From Callorhinchus milii (Eukaryota): a stretch of 64,000 nucleotides of DNA. The stretch is taken from NCBI RefSeq assembly GCF_018977255.1, contig NW_024704743.1:92568001-92632000 (forward strand). Reading direction: 5' to 3'. Of the stretch, positions 47,365 to 60,860 are shown one piece after another (position 1 is the stretch's first letter; each line of letters opens with the position of its first letter). The position numbers and the translations under genes were made by a program. The notes below the pieces were generated by a model. It did not search any database. It saw only the letters and a list, made by a program, of their open reading frames with translations, and was not told the DNA's origin.

Positions 47365-48258
47365 ATCAGGTCAGACATCAAGCCTAGATGACAGCTAACG
47401 TGTTGAACGTCAATAAGACCGAGGCTTTCTTGATTGGCTCCCATCAGTGCCTCTATACCTTAGGCACTGACAGCATCACCATCCAGGGATGCACACTCCA
47501 CCTCACCAAGTCAGTCCGGAACCTTAGCATCTTGTTTAACCCTCAACTGTACTTTCAAACCCAAATCCATGCCTTGCCTTGCTCTGCCTTCATCCATCTC
47601 CACAACATCGCTTGACTCTGACACTGCCTTATCCCTCAGGCTGCTGAAACCCTCATCCATGCATTCATCACATCTAGGGTCAGCTAAGCCAACTCCGTGC
47701 TTGCCGGCCCTCCCACCTTTTCCCTCCAAAAACTACAGATCATCCAGAAATCTGCAGCTCGTGTCCTCTCCCGCACCAGGCTCCGTGACCCCATCAGCCC
47801 CACCCTCGCCTGGCTTCACTGATTCCCCATCCCCAGAGGATAGAGTTCAAAATGTTCGACTTCACCTTCAAGCCCTCCATGGCCTTGCCCTCTCATACCT
47901 CTGTGATCTGCTAACCCGATATCAAGCTGTCCGCTCCCTCCACTCAGCAGGCTGTGGCCTGCTCCATGTCCACCACCCAGCCTGCCCCACCATAGGCAGT
48001 TGGGCCTTCGGTCTTTTTGCCCCCACCCTTTGGAACTTAATATCACATTCCCTTTGCCTTCCTCCCTCCCTTGCCTCTTCAAGGTGCATCTCAAAACCCT
48101 CCTCTTCGACTGCTCCTTCGGCCATCCTCCTGCCCTCCCTGCTCTCCATTCTACCCGACCCATCCCCCAGCTTGGGTCCAAATCCCTGACTGTCCAGCTC
48201 CTTGGGATGTCCTCCCAATGTGAAAGGCGCTATACAAATATAATTTTGTATTGTATTG
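47365..48258 (+). mobile_element. L2 LINE 3' fragment nested in the Penelope-like RT
   Basis: NVNKTEAFLIG...RNLSILFNPQL; tail; TAGAC duplicated at 47360-47364 and 48259-48263. Confidence 0.88.
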
Positions 48259-49344
48259 TAGACTATCCACGGATATTTACTACAAGTTCACCAACTCCCA
48301 CAGCTACCTCGAAGACAGTTCCTCCCAGCCCACTTCCTGTAAGGATTCCATTCCCTTCTCCCAGTTTCTTCACCTCTGCCGCACCTGCTCTGATAATGCC
48401 ACTTTCCACAACAGAGCTTCTGACATGTTCACCTTTTTCCTTAGCCGAAGATTCCCCTCCACAATGGTAGACAGGGCCCTTGACCATGTCTGTTCTATTT
48501 CCCGCACTTCTGCCCACACCCCTTCCCCTTCTTCGCAGAACTGTGAAAGGGTCCCACTAGTCCTCACCTTCCTCCACGTTCAATGGATAATCCTCCGCCA
48601 TTTCTTCCACCTCCAATTGTGACCTTCACCAAACACATTTTTCCATCCCCTCCACTCTGCATTCTGAAGGGACCGCTCCCTCCGTGATTCCCTGGTCTAC
48701 TGCTCCATCACCACTAACCCCTGCTCTCTCTATCCTGGCACGTTCCCATGCCAGTGCAGGAGACGAAACACCTGAACTCTGCTTCCTGGTGAGACTTGTA
48801 CTTCCACTAATGTAATATACTGTATTCGCTTCTCATGATGCGGTCTCCTCTACATCGGGGAGACCTACACGCAGATTGGGCGATTGCTTTGTCGAACACC
48901 TCCATTCCATCTGCAAATGCCACCCTCAGCTTATGGTGCTTGCCACTTTAATTCTCCTTTACACTCCCACTCTGACCATGGCCTTCTATGCTGTTCCAAT
49001 GAAGCACAATGCAAGCTTGAAGAACAGCACCCCATCTACCTCCTAGGCACCTTACAGCCCTCTGGCCTCAACATTGATTTTAACCACTTCAAATCTTAAA
49101 CACAGCTCCCATCTCCCATCTTCTCTCAGCCTTGCCTTCCCCCTCCCCATCTTCTATAACCATTCACACATCCTCTGGATCTCAGACACATTCTTTCTAT
49201 AATCTCCCATTATTGCCTTGCTTTATCTTGCACCATCAACACATCTGATCTGATCATTTCCTATTCTCACCTAAATTTTCCCTTTTCCTTTCCCCACTCC
49301 CTTCTCTGCTTGTCCTTATAGTCTGCTCCCTTCCAACATCCCCC

Positions 49345-49380
49345 AGTTCTGACGAAAGTTCATTGACCTGAAAAGTTAAC
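49345..49380 (+). ncRNA. Degenerate hammerhead ribozyme-like motif at the 3' end of the Penelope-like element
   Basis: AGTT CTGACGA AAGTTC ATT GACCT GAAA AGTT AAC: intact CUGANGA and GAAA boxes with weakened stems. Confidence 0.55.
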
Positions 49381-50574
49381 ACTTTCCTCTCTCCACAGAT
49401 GCTGCCTGACCTGCTGAGTGTTCCCACAATGCTATTACTTCTGCTACCAGTTTGGTAGATTTGTTTAAACAATTATGACTCTTTGACTAAAGATATTTTT
49501 CAGCCCAATTACCTGATTTCTAGCTATGAATAAACTTGGAATGATTTTATTGGTTTAATTCAACATTTTCTTCAGACTTTTCAGATATTTTAACTAACAA
49601 ATACATACAGTGCAAGGTCCAGTGTAAGAACTCTCCAGCTAAGCTGTTCTCTCCTGCTTTTCTCCATATTAATGTTGTGATGACTACCTAGGGTACATCA
49701 CAACAGCTAGTCTTTGGGAGTAGTTAGCAACAGGGAATACCAATTTTATATCTGATTTACTATTGTCACTGTGTGAAACTAAACTGACCTGACGTTGCAC
49801 CCAGATTCGGAATATGATGAGATTTATAGGCTTCAGTAACAATTTGTGAAGCTTCAATCTATTCCATAAGGATGGCCTGTCAACACTAGGAAATGCGGTG
49901 TTACAGATAACAAAATGTGTCATCTCCAATACTCTTAATATTTTTCTATCTGCTATCTTGTGATAAAGAAATAGGAAGAGAATTTTCTGATTTTCAGTAA
50001 ATTTATTGGCCTTGACAGATGAGCAAGTTTCATGCTTGATAAATCCAACAACAAGCAAAATGTTGGGAGTTTGTGATTTAACAAAGAGAGGAAACCTGTA
50101 TCTGTGAAGATATTGCTGGTCCTCTGCTCCCTTCAAAATAAACAGCTAGTTAAACAAACGTTTCAATTGACTTGAGCATGGCTTTTTGTTCAGTACATCT
50201 GGATTTCAAATGAATTAATTGGGTTTAATTTGTCGTAGTTTTTAAACATAATTCCTGCATGAGGATTTCTATTAGAATTTCCCTCAAGCCTTGGGAATTC
50301 CGCTCCACAAATAGATTTATGTCGGATTGTCGGCCAATTGTGTCTGAATGGAGTTCCCATGAGTCAGTCACTCTGATATTCCCATATGCAGAACTTATTC
50401 CTTAATGAAGAAATATGAGAAGTTAGACCTTGTTGAAGAGAATCGGCTCAATTCCTGCTTTCTTTCCATCTCTCCTGAAGTTGCTGAAGCTGGGGTTATT
50501 TCCAGCCACACTCCACTCCCTCACTCTCTGCCCCTTCTAAAATTATAAGTCCAGACACTGAATGAATCATTGAT

Positions 50575-51150
50575 TTATACAGCACAAAAGGAGGCCATTC
50601 GGCCCATTGTGTCTGTACCGGCTCCTTAAAAAATGATATCCAAATCAATCCTACTCACCCATTCTTTCCCCATATCCCTGCAAACCTGTCCTCCCCAAAT
50701 AATTATCTTCTTTTCTCTTAAAAGTTATTATCAATCGGCTTCTACCACCCTTTCAGGCAATGCATTCCAGATCCGAAAAACTCACAGTGTGAAAAAATTT
50801 CTCCTCACCTCCCCTCTGTTTCTTTTAATAACTATTTTAAATCGGTGCCCTTGGGTTACTGACTTGCCCACCAGTGGAAATAGATTCTCTATGTTCACTC
50901 TATCAAATCCCCTCATAATTTTGAAAACTTCTGTTAAGTCTCTTTTTAACCTTCTCTGCTCCAATGAGAATAATTCTAGCTTCTCTAGACTCTCCTGATA
51001 ACTGAAGTCCCTCATTCCTGGTAGCAGCCTAGTAAATCTCCTTCACACCATCTCCAATGCCTTGACATCCTTCCTAAAGTGTGGTGCCCAGAAATGGACA
51101 CAATACTTTAGCTGAGGCCTAACCAGTGTTTTATAGAATTTCATCATAAC
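50575..51150 (-). mobile_element. CR1 LINE 3' fragment
   Basis: FYKTLVRPQLKYCVHFWAPHFRKDV; LFSLEQRRLKRDLTEVFKIMRGFDRV...GHRFKI...RRNFFT. Confidence 0.92.
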
Positions 51151-51772
51151 AATAATATTGTTAGTAGGCAAGTTAACCATCATTGCTGGGCTTGAACATG
51201 TTATTGCTTTATTATAATAATAAATCCACATGCCCATGTTCCAGGAGGGGGAAGGGGAGGGAGGGGAGGAGGTTCAATAATTAATAATTAATAAAGCTGA
51301 TTTTCCAGTAACTTACATGCCATTGTCATGATCCATACCATGAATTTTCAATTGCCAGCAGCTCTGGCTTCATGGTTTTGCCACTGAGAAGGAGAATGGG
51401 GAGGGATGTGGCAGTCTTGGCTATTGAGAGAGGGTTGGGGAGAGGGCCATTGATGAAGGGCATAAGGATCTGCATCCAGCAAATCTGAAGCATTGTTAAT
51501 CTTTTAAATATTATGAAGCTATTGAATTCATTGCATACGATTAATTAGCACTGGGGCTCTTCATTGACTTTTACCTGAAGCCAGTCTCCATCCTGTCATT
51601 GTTGTTAACAAGTGTTTCAGTGCTGCACTGAGATACCTACTTCACTCAGATTGAGGCAGGATGCTATTCTGTGAACCAGCATTCAAACACCATTTTCAGG
51701 GTCAGCAATAATTCAATCTCAAAGTGTTTCACAGAATTTTTGGTTGAATGTGGTGATTGGGTATTTTGTAAA

Positions 51773-51996
51773 TAATAATATTAATCCTTACAATTGATAT
51801 AAGGCCTCATCACGTCTTCAAGTCATCTCAAAAAGCTTCGCAGAATATACTGTAAAGTGTAGAGACTGTATTTGTGGGCAAAATGCGGCACCAATTGCGT
51901 ACAGCAGTGTCCCATAAACAGTCATGGAGTGAGTGACCAAATTGTTATTGGTAGTATTTTTGAAGGGGTTTATTACTCTCCGAAAGTGATCCACCA
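51773..51996 (-). mobile_element. tRNA-Ala-headed SINE, long form, 5'-truncated
   Basis: Tail and body match the other copies. Confidence 0.8.
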
Positions 51997-52089
51997 AGAT
52001 GAACAAGTACTTCAATAGTAACAATGAAGTTAACTCGGGAATTAAGAACAAATATGTGTCTTTTTTATTCTATTCCTTGTGTTAATTAG

Positions 52090-52512
52090 GTGTCAGCCTA
52101 GCTCAGTTGATAGCACTCTCATCTTTGAGTCAGATGGTTGTGGGTTTAAGGCCCTTGTCAAGACCTTGAACTTACAGTTTAGACTGACACTTCAATACAG
52201 TGCTGGGGGTATGCTCTCATTGCTGGAGGTGCCATCCTTTGGCGGAAATGTTAAACTGAGATCCCATTTGTCTGTTCAGATGAACATTAAAGCACTCATG
52301 GCAATATTAGAAAGAGAAGGGAGTTTCTCTTGGCCAACAATCCCCAAAATAAAATCAATCACTCACTATATGGACGTTTGTGAAACATTGCTTTGTGCGG
52401 ATTGGCTGCCACATTCGCCTACAAACACAGTCACTACATGTTACAGTAAACATCTTATGAAATGCTTTGGGTTGTCTTGTGATAAGCTGATATATCAAAC
52501 GCAATGATTATT
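52090..52512 (+). mobile_element. SacSINE1-type Deu-domain SINE, full length
   Basis: GTGTCAGCCTAGCTCAGTTGATAGCACTCTC tRNA-like head, Deu core and tail. Confidence 0.85.
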
Positions 52513-53340
52513 GTGCTTATAATTAAACCTGTTAAGAGTTAAGGAATATACAATACAAATTTACATTTATATAACACCTTTCTCTTTGGGAATACGTCCC
52601 AAAGCACTTAACTGTACTGGTTAGGGAAATATGTCATTGACTTTTGTTTTTAATACCCCAATATAGCTTCATACAGATTAAGATCTTTTACCACCAGACA
52701 ATCAACCTGAGGCTCTCATGTCTGGATTCCTTGTTTACTTTCTTTCCATTAATTGTCTGCATCTCTCCACCACCACTGTTAACTGTGCCAGACTTACTTC
52801 TAAAGGTCAGCAGCTTATTACATTGCTAAGGCCATTCATTTTCATCATTGCAACTGGCATGAGATTGAACAAGTTGAATTTACCACAGATGGATTTATTG
52901 CTATGTTGACTGGTTTATCACAGATTTATTGCCAAACAGCCAGGAGGGAAATCCAAACCACTATTTTAATTCTCCAGCAACTTCAATAATAATTCTAATA
53001 ATAATAATCCTTTCAACTTCAAGTCTATCCCAGATAACGTCAGCAAAATAAAGTGTTGTGTGGCCATTACAGAGTTCTCACACTCTTTTAATTATTCCTG
53101 TGACAGCACAATTGACCACAAAAATGATTAAAAATACAGAAACAATGGGGGAGGGAGAAAAGCTGCCAGTCCAGATCTCCTCTCTCCAACCTCATCTACA
53201 ACATTAGTTATAATAACATGGAAAAAGCAGCAGGCAGTTTAGCCTCTCAAGCATCTACTTTGAACTTATCCCTTCTTGACTGGCACCTGACCATACTGTT
53301 TTTCATAAGTTGGGGTGTTTGCTCCAGTTGGTGCTGGCAT

Positions 53341-53651
53341 TAATAATAATAATAATCCTTGCATTTGATATAGCGCTTTTCACATCTTCTAGACGTCCCA
53401 AAGCGCTTCACAGAATATACTGTAAAGTGAATTGACTATATTTGTGGGCGAATGCGGCAGCCAATTGCGCACAGCAGTGTCCCACAAACAGTCATGGATT
53501 GAAAATGACCAATTTATTATTGTTTTTTTGGAGGGATTATTATTAGACGTGTGGAGTAAGGAAACTTGCCCAAGGTTTCGCCCTGCCTGGAATTGAACTC
53601 AGGTCTCTCACTTGCAAAGCAAGTGCTCTAACCACTGAGCTTCAGGACTCC
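53341..53651 (-). mobile_element. tRNA-Ala-headed SINE, short form, full length
   Basis: Reverse complement of the 17181/41842 family. Confidence 0.92.
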
Positions 53652-53864
53652 CATTATTATCATAAAGAGAGGCGAAGGAAGCTGTTCCATCAATCAACTT
53701 GCCAGTGAAAGTGGTTGTTCCAGTAGGATCAGTGAAAATACAAACAACATTATATGGAATCAGCAGCACTGAAACAGGACATTTGCCAGTTTTTGTATTC
53801 CATACGAGCCTCCAACCATCATAATTTCAAGTTTCCTCATAAATTAATTGATCCTTTCTGCTTC

Positions 53865-54393
53865 AACCACACTCTCCTCCCGGCTGCCTAAATTTTCGTT
53901 CATGCATTCATCATATCTAGGCTTGATTATGCCAATTCTCTGCTTGCCAGACTCATCAGCTCCTCCCTGCACAAGATGCAGACCATCCAGAACTCTACAG
54001 CCCATGTCCTCTCCCACACCACTCTCTGTGAGGCTATCAATCTCATTCTTGATCAGCTCCACTCATCCCCCAGGGAATCAAATTCAAGATCTTATCCCCT
54101 CGCATTCAAATCCCTCCACGGTCTCGCCCCACTCTACCTCTGTCACCTCCTATAACCCACCAATCAGGCTGCTTCTTTCTTTCAGCAAGCACTGGCTTGA
54201 TTTGTGTTCTCCATCCTATTTGCTCCATTTATGGGCAGCCTTTAGTCATCCTGCAACTAATGACCAACTCCTTTGATCATGCTTTTGGTCACCGTTCCCC
54301 ACCACCCTCCCCCAGGCTTAGATGCCCAGACAGCTGTATAAATTACTTTGAGATGTCCTCTGACATGAAAGACAATTTTATTAATTGTATTGT
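53865..54393 (+). mobile_element. Old L2 3' fragment
   Basis: FVHAFIISRLDYANS...QTIQNS motifs and tail. Confidence 0.75.
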
Positions 54394-54527
54394 GTAGCTT
54401 CTGGCAATGGGTTCCACATTCTCACCAGCTTCTGTGTAAAGCGGTTCCTTCTAAACTGTGCTTTAGATCTGATAGTGCCTACTTTAGAATTAAGTCCCTT
54501 GTTTTAGACTTACCTATAAGTGGACAA

Positions 54528-54998
54528 CAAAAACAAAATTACTTTTGTACAGTGCCTTTCATGTCGGGAGCACTTCCCAAGGTGCTGGACAGTCAGTGTT
54601 TTTAACTCAAGCTGGGGGTCAGAATTGGGGAGGGTGGAGGGCAAGGTGGAAGCAGAGTGATCGAAAGCCTTGTCGAAGAGGAGGGTCTTGAGATAGGTAT
54701 TGAAGGAGGCAAGGGAGGGGCCCAGATGGAGGGACTACGTTACAGAGTTCCAGAGGGTGGGGGCAGAGTGGCAGAAGGCCAGCATGACAATGGTGTGGCG
54801 GGCGAAGCGGGGGACATGAAGCAGCTCGGAGCCCGCTGAGCGGAGGGAACGAGCAGGATGGTAGGAGGTTAGGAAGTCGCACAGGTAGGGGGGAACAAGA
54901 CAATGGAGGGCTTTGAAGGGAGAATCAGTATCTTGAACTGTGTCCTCTGTGTGATGGGAAGCCAGTGGAGTCGGCCGAGGATAGGGTGATAGGATCTG
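54528..54998 (-). mobile_element. L2 3' fragment
   Basis: L2 tail and an LHWLP..RGHSSR-like region on the minus strand. Confidence 0.8.
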
Positions 54999-55031
54999 GC
55001 CTTTCTGTTAAAAGACCCTCCTCACCTGCAA

Positions 55032-55240
55032 GTGTCAGCCTGGCTGAGTTGGTCGCAGTTGTGGGTTTAAGCTCCATGTTGGGAATGTCTAGTCTCACAT
55101 TCCACTGTAGTGCTAGGGGTGTGCTAAAGTTAGAGGTATGATCCTTCAAATAGATATTAATCTGAGGCTCTGTCTGCCATTTCAGATGGACGTTAAAAAT
55201 CCCTTGCACTATTTAAAAGAAAAGTCAGTTTCTCTTATGT
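55032..55240 (+). mobile_element. SacSINE1-type SINE 5' fragment
   Basis: GTGTCAGCCTGGCTGAGTTGGT head and Deu core TTCAGATGGACGTTAAAAATCCC. Confidence 0.7.
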
Positions 55241-56042
55241 TCCCTATTTTAGATATGTCAACCTCATTATTCTGACATTTGTTTTGTGGCTTCTGTTCTC
55301 AATTATATTACATGTCTTCAAGTAAAATTACTCTACCCTCACAGAATAAATTTTCCATGCTACTAATCATTTCTTATTTCAAATTAAGCTAAAGTATTTA
55401 AATTTCACACAATGACTGTATTATTTGGCCTGCAATATTTACCTGGTCCATGAATCTAACCCATTGCATTCAGCTCAGTTCAGTCTCATCTATAATTTAT
55501 ACAGCCAAGTGCACTTTTTTTCCACAATTATCACAAGAAACCAACAGGTATCTGTGAATCCTCTGTAAATCCTGGTGCATCTCCTGGGAGATGTTAATTT
55601 AACTTCTTATTATAATATCATCAGATCATTACTGCAGTGGATCAAAATGCGGCCAAGAATTGAACTCAAAGTGAACTACATTTATTGACGTATTATTTAA
55701 GGTGGAATGTGCTTGTGGACATATTTTAATTATTCATTCCAGCATTTTATAGTTTTTCATCTTTTGTAATATCTACTTTTCCTTAGCTTTTTAGGATTAA
55801 TTTGTCCTAGAATAAACAAAAGCAGGTGGCTCCTGAACCCCACCATTGGATGGAGGTAAGACAGCTGTGCTTCCTATTTATTTTCCGGATCAAATGATTG
55901 CCAGCCTTAATTTTTCAAGAGAAAATTAAATAAGGAGCACTACTTTTTATTGTAAAGATGTACTAAATTGAATGTATTTGAAAATCAGATGAAGCAAACC
56001 TGAGTGCAGAGAAAGTGTGACAAAGTGGGTTTAAAATGTGCT

Positions 56043-56622
56043 GTTTTTTGTCTACATGTCTACATGTAGAAACCTATCACTATGCTTAAGTGTATCCAAA
56101 TAAAACTGAAAGTTCTATGTATCCCACCTATATAGAAATTCCAGAGATATTTGTTGGAATAGAATGCACACTGTCTCCCTGGAAGTATGCATCCTGCTTA
56201 CCTAATTCCAGAAAGTATTGGGCGCAGGTAAGCAAGAGCCAAGATTTGGCACTGCTGGAGTCTAACTAGCTAAGACTGCATAGCTTGCCATTGAGAGCAC
56301 TGTCTGGCAAGTTTTCCTACTGCATGTCCAGCTAGGACCATCCCATCTATTAAGGCTTTGGCTTCCAGGGTTAACGGGAACTCAGTGGGAAGAGTCTCTC
56401 ACCCCAGTGACTGGTCTGCCTATCAAATGCTGCCAATGAGCCAGGCTCACTGTGCATCAGCAGTGTCCAGAGTCCTGTGGGCGCACTTTACTCAAGAACT
56501 GAATTACCAAGATCACCACAGAGGGTTGGCTCAATTCTAACATTCCATTGCCAAACATATTATCTTGGAGCGAATTCAGCTCCAAGAAGACCCCGGTTAT
56601 CTCTCCTCCCAAGGAGGCTAAA
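56043..56622 (+). repeat. Unclassified ancient dispersed repeat, copy 3 of 3
   Basis: Aligns with 5025-5441 and with the reverse complement of 23045-23660. Confidence 0.8.
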
Positions 56623-56914
56623 TATGCCAATCTATCTTCTGCAAATTTTATCTGCAAATCTATCACAAATCTATCTTCTGTGGGTTACTTCATATATTAC
56701 TGTACATTTATAACACAATTTACTCTGGATTGTATTTTTGTATTTCAGACCTTCAATCCCATCAGTCACTACTGGTTCAAAAGGCTTTGTCTTTTCCTCC
56801 ACTGCATAATTCGAAAACATCAACAAGCTTTTCACATTTTCCAAATCCAATTATTCTTCAGATCATATGTTCACTGTGGATGACGATGGTCCTTCAACTT
56901 ATCCAATCGCATCC

Positions 56915-57110
56915 TTCCAGAATACCCACTTACTGTCTTCCCAATACAGCATCAATGCGTTTCTTAAATGAGGCCAGTGTCTTGGACTCAACCACCCCTC
57001 CTGGCAACCTGTCTGTTTGTCAATTACCCTCTGAGAAAAGAAAAATGTCCACGTCTCTATTCTGAAATTTTCCTTTGTAACTTTAAAACTTGTCCTCTTT
57101 TACTTTTGTC
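56915..57110 (-). mobile_element. Old CR1 3' fragment
   Basis: CR1-type C-terminal region on the minus strand (RGQVLKL...FSQRV...WNRLP-like). Confidence 0.55.
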
Positions 57111-57504
57111 GTGCATGCATCCTAAAGTATTGATTTGGGTTTAGTTACCACATATTCCATATATTCAGAGATTGTTCTTGTAGTATTCAGAATGATCCCC
57201 AAATTGTAGTGGGGATTGATTGTTTTATTCAGCTTAAATTTTTTGTCTAATGGGAGTCAATCTTGAGTTTACCATCCTCTCATCCATTATATGCTTGTAA
57301 CATATGCATGGATCATTTTATAATTTATTTTGACATGTTTGCTGTACAGGCTGAACTGATTGTTTTGATGCATGATAAAAGCTATGCAACTAAAATTAAA
57401 CTAGAGTGAAGGCTGCCTAATCTTCATGATACATTCCCAGTTCAGTAGTGCAAGTTCATGCATGCAACTCAATCCAGTTTCTTTAACTCTTTAAAGGCTA
57501 CAAT

Positions 57505-57890
57505 ATAATAATAACAAAAAATACTAGCATTTGATACACTGCCTTTAATGTTCTGAGGATGTCTCAAAGTACTTCACAGGATATACTGTAAAGTGTAGTT
57601 ACAGTGTCTATTTTGTGGATGAAATGTACCAGTCGATTTGCAACAGTAAAGTCCCACAAAGAACCTTGGAGTGAGTGACCAATTTTATTTAATATAACTA
57701 AGAGCATCTAGTATTGCCTTCTATTTTCGAATAATGTCATAATGTTCTTTAACATCCACCTGAAATTGCAAATGTGACCTCAGTTTAACATTTCAACGAA
57801 AGAACAGCAGTTCCAAAAATGCAGCATAATCCCAGCACTGCAGCAGAGCCTCAGTTTAGACTACATGAGTTCCAAGTCCCAACATGCGAT
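57505..57890 (-). mobile_element. Deu-domain SINE
   Basis: TTTAACATCCACCTGAA Deu core on the minus strand, plus tail. Confidence 0.75.
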
Positions 57891-57904
57891 TGAATGCCCA
57901 ATTC

Positions 57905-58670
57905 AATGTAATGACAAATTACATTTGTCTGTCATGTGAGGAAGACATCTCAAGGCACTGGACAATCAGTGTTTCGGACCCGAGCTGGGGGTTAGCATCA
58001 GGGAGGGCAGGGGGGTAAAAAGGGTAACTGAAGGTACGATCGAACAAGAGAGTCTTGAGATGGGTCTTGAAGGAGCAAGGGAGGAGTCATGGTGGAGGGA
58101 CTGCGGGATGGAGTTCCAGAGGGAGGGGGGAAGAGTGGCTGAAGGTCTGCCTGCCAATGGTGGGGACGGGTCTGAAGCAGGCCGGAGCTGCTGAACAGAG
58201 GGAGCATGTAGGTTGAAAGGGGGTTAGCAGGTCACAGAGGTAGAGGGGAGCATGGCCATTGAGGGCTTTGAAATTGAAGACCAGGATCTTGAACTTTATC
58301 TTCTGTGTGATTGGAAGCCAGTGGAGTCGGGCGAGCACAGGGGTGATAGGTTTGTGGTGCCTGGTACAGGAGAGGATATGGGCTCCAGAGTTCTGGATGA
58401 CCTGCAACCTTGGAGGCAGGAGTTGGGGAGGCTGACAAGCAGGGAGTTTGTGTAGTCAAGCCTGGATGTTATGAATGCATATATGAGGTTCTCAGCGGCC
58501 TCCAATGAGAGTCAGTGGTGGAGCCAGGCAATGTTGCAGATGTAGGGGAAGGCAGAACAGGTCATGGCACAGATGTGGGGTAGAAAGGATAATTGAGGGT
58601 CAAACAAGACACCAATGAGGAGGTCCTCAGGCTTGTTGACGTTCAGCCGTAGAAAGTTAGCTCCCATCTT
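57905..58670 (-). mobile_element. L2 LINE 3' fragment
   Basis: AAENLIYAFITSRLDYTNSLL; QVIQNSGAHILSCTRHHKPITPVLARLHWLPITQKIKFKIL. Confidence 0.9.
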
Positions 58671-59773
58671 ACTATACCTAATGTGAGGATTATTTTTATT
58701 TTATCAATTATTATGAAATTATTCATCTGAGTTACAAGCTAGGACATTGCCAGGAGAAAGAAAGACCAACATTGATAATTGTCTCCAGTAATGGAGTAAT
58801 GGATTGTCTCCAGTAATACACTGAATGTCTCATATTTACCACTATTTTTTCCGACCTTGCTGATGTAGCTTTTGAGTCATATATTTTGGAATTCTGGCTG
58901 AATAGTAAAATGTTTCTACCTTGAACGAAACACAAAATAGAAACAGCCAGAATAAAAAAATAACTTTCAGCTCAACTGCACCAGTGAGGGTCACTTGCCT
59001 TTTAAAAGAATATGCTAGGAGCTGACCAGAACTTGAGCTATTTACATCAAACCCTCTGGCCCTAATAAGGTTTTCAGTTTTGCTGCAATTCTGTGCTAGC
59101 TACTCTCTTTCAGCTATGAACTGCAAAAAACTAAGGAACAGTCTTGACTTCATTGCTTCCTGCCTTGTTTTACTCATGAGCATTTCAGTATAATGGAGGC
59201 TTAAATGATCAATCAGGAATGCAGTTAGTGACCTAATGTGTTGTCCAGGCATTAAAATCTACGAAAGTGTGGTGTCTGTGCTTGCAAAAAGGACAGTTTG
59301 TAGCGTTAGATTGAAATAAAGCCACAGTTTTATTCACAGCATAAATCAAACAAAGTTAATTATCCAAACAAAATACAGTAGCAACCATTTCCAAACAATG
59401 GGGACATGGTGGGGGAGAGAAGTGGGAGGACTGTTCTTTTCACTCATTTGTCCAAGTGCTAATTCTGTTTCTGTCTTTATCTTTCACACATCAGACACAC
59501 ATGAATACATGATGGTTGTGTCAACCAGTCATTTCCTTTCTTAATAGCGCCTGTCCTTAACCATAACAGGTCTGCTTTTAAAGGGGCACTTGTGACTGAA
59601 CCAAAACACTCCCTTAACCCACTGGCATGGTTCTTAAAGGGACATTTCCTACTTACCTTAGGCACACGCTCAACTCAGGTGCAAGGTGGATGGACTCAAA
59701 AACATGTTCAACCTGTCACAAAGTCATTTAAAGACATTGCCAGTAATCGTAGATTTCAGAATACTGTCTGAAA

Positions 59774-59852
<79 letters not shown>
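59774..59852. repeat. (TATC)n tetranucleotide microsatellite, ~19 perfect units
   Basis: Seen directly. Confidence 0.97.
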
Positions 59853-60487
59853 TTTCAGAGATGTACAATTGTGGATTGAATGTAATGTAGTGAAATACTG
59901 TAATGGAAATGAACGAATATCGCTTGCAGGTATTGCCAGCTGGTATGGATTTAAATAAAAAGCACCACATGCATAAAAACGTGGATATGTCGGAGGAATC
60001 TGTTATATAGGTAAATCCATTTAATCAACACCATATATAACAAGACAAATCATCTTGTGGTTCGTTGGTTAAGATTTCCTTTCATGGACCTAATACAACA
60101 TCACAAGGTAAGACGATGACAGTTCTGGAGAGTGAACCATTTTTCCAGATTTTTACTCAGTGTCAGCAGTAAATTCTCAAAGTCAGATTATGCAGTACAG
60201 AGCTCCTTCTTTGTTAACCTGATGTGCCACAGTCACAACATTGTACTGTTAGGAAATATTTTACAGTTTTTAGTGGTTGAAAATGATTTGTTAGTAGAAA
60301 GGATACTGTTCACTTTCATAAAAGTAAGGATTTTCCATGTACCGGCGCAATGGAAATTCATGTTTTCCTATTTGGGGTGAAACATTAGGTTATAGACCTT
60401 AAGTTAGACCCCCCCCTCATAGAGGAAACAGTAATTTCAGTGGTTTGATTCTTGAGTGGACTTTCACAGAATGAAATATCCAAAGTG

Positions 60488-60860
60488 AATAATAATATAA
60501 TAATCTTTGTATTTGATATAGCACCTTATCACAGCTTTGAGGCATCTCAAATAGCTTCACAGAATATACCATGAAGTGAATTGACTGTACATTTTGTGTG
60601 CAAAACGCGGCAGCCAATTGGACACAGTAGTGTCCCACAAACAGCCATGGTTCAAGTGGCAAAATTATTTTTATGTATTTTGAAGGAATTATTACCCATG
60701 GAAAAGTGATCTGCCAATCATCTAACAACTGGGTTCCCACTTACTGCTAAGTAAACAGAGGCGTGTGATGTAAGGAAATTTGCCCAATGTTTTGTCCTGC
60801 CGGCAATCAAACCCAGTTCCTCTCGTTGCAAGGCGAGTGCTCTAACTACTGAGCTACAAG
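60488..60860 (-). mobile_element. tRNA-Ala-headed SINE, long form, near full length
   Basis: Head (...CTAACTACTGAGCTACA), long middle segment and tail. Confidence 0.88.

Larger units (their letters stand above)
47216..49433 (+). mobile_element. Decayed Penelope-like element (RT C-terminus + GIY-YIG endonuclease + terminal repeat)
   Basis: CIGAASCS..NVINFASNFHSSLTFTW..PFLD; RLSTDIYYK.TNSHSYL..SSSQPTSCKDSIPFSQFL..RTCSD; TCTSTNVIYCIR...CGLLYIGET..RLGD (GIY-YIG); EEQHPIYLLGTLQPSGLNIDF. Confidence 0.9.

Noticed and set aside
59686..59958. ORF with IYLS repeats
   Set aside because: It is the translation of the (TATC)n microsatellite.
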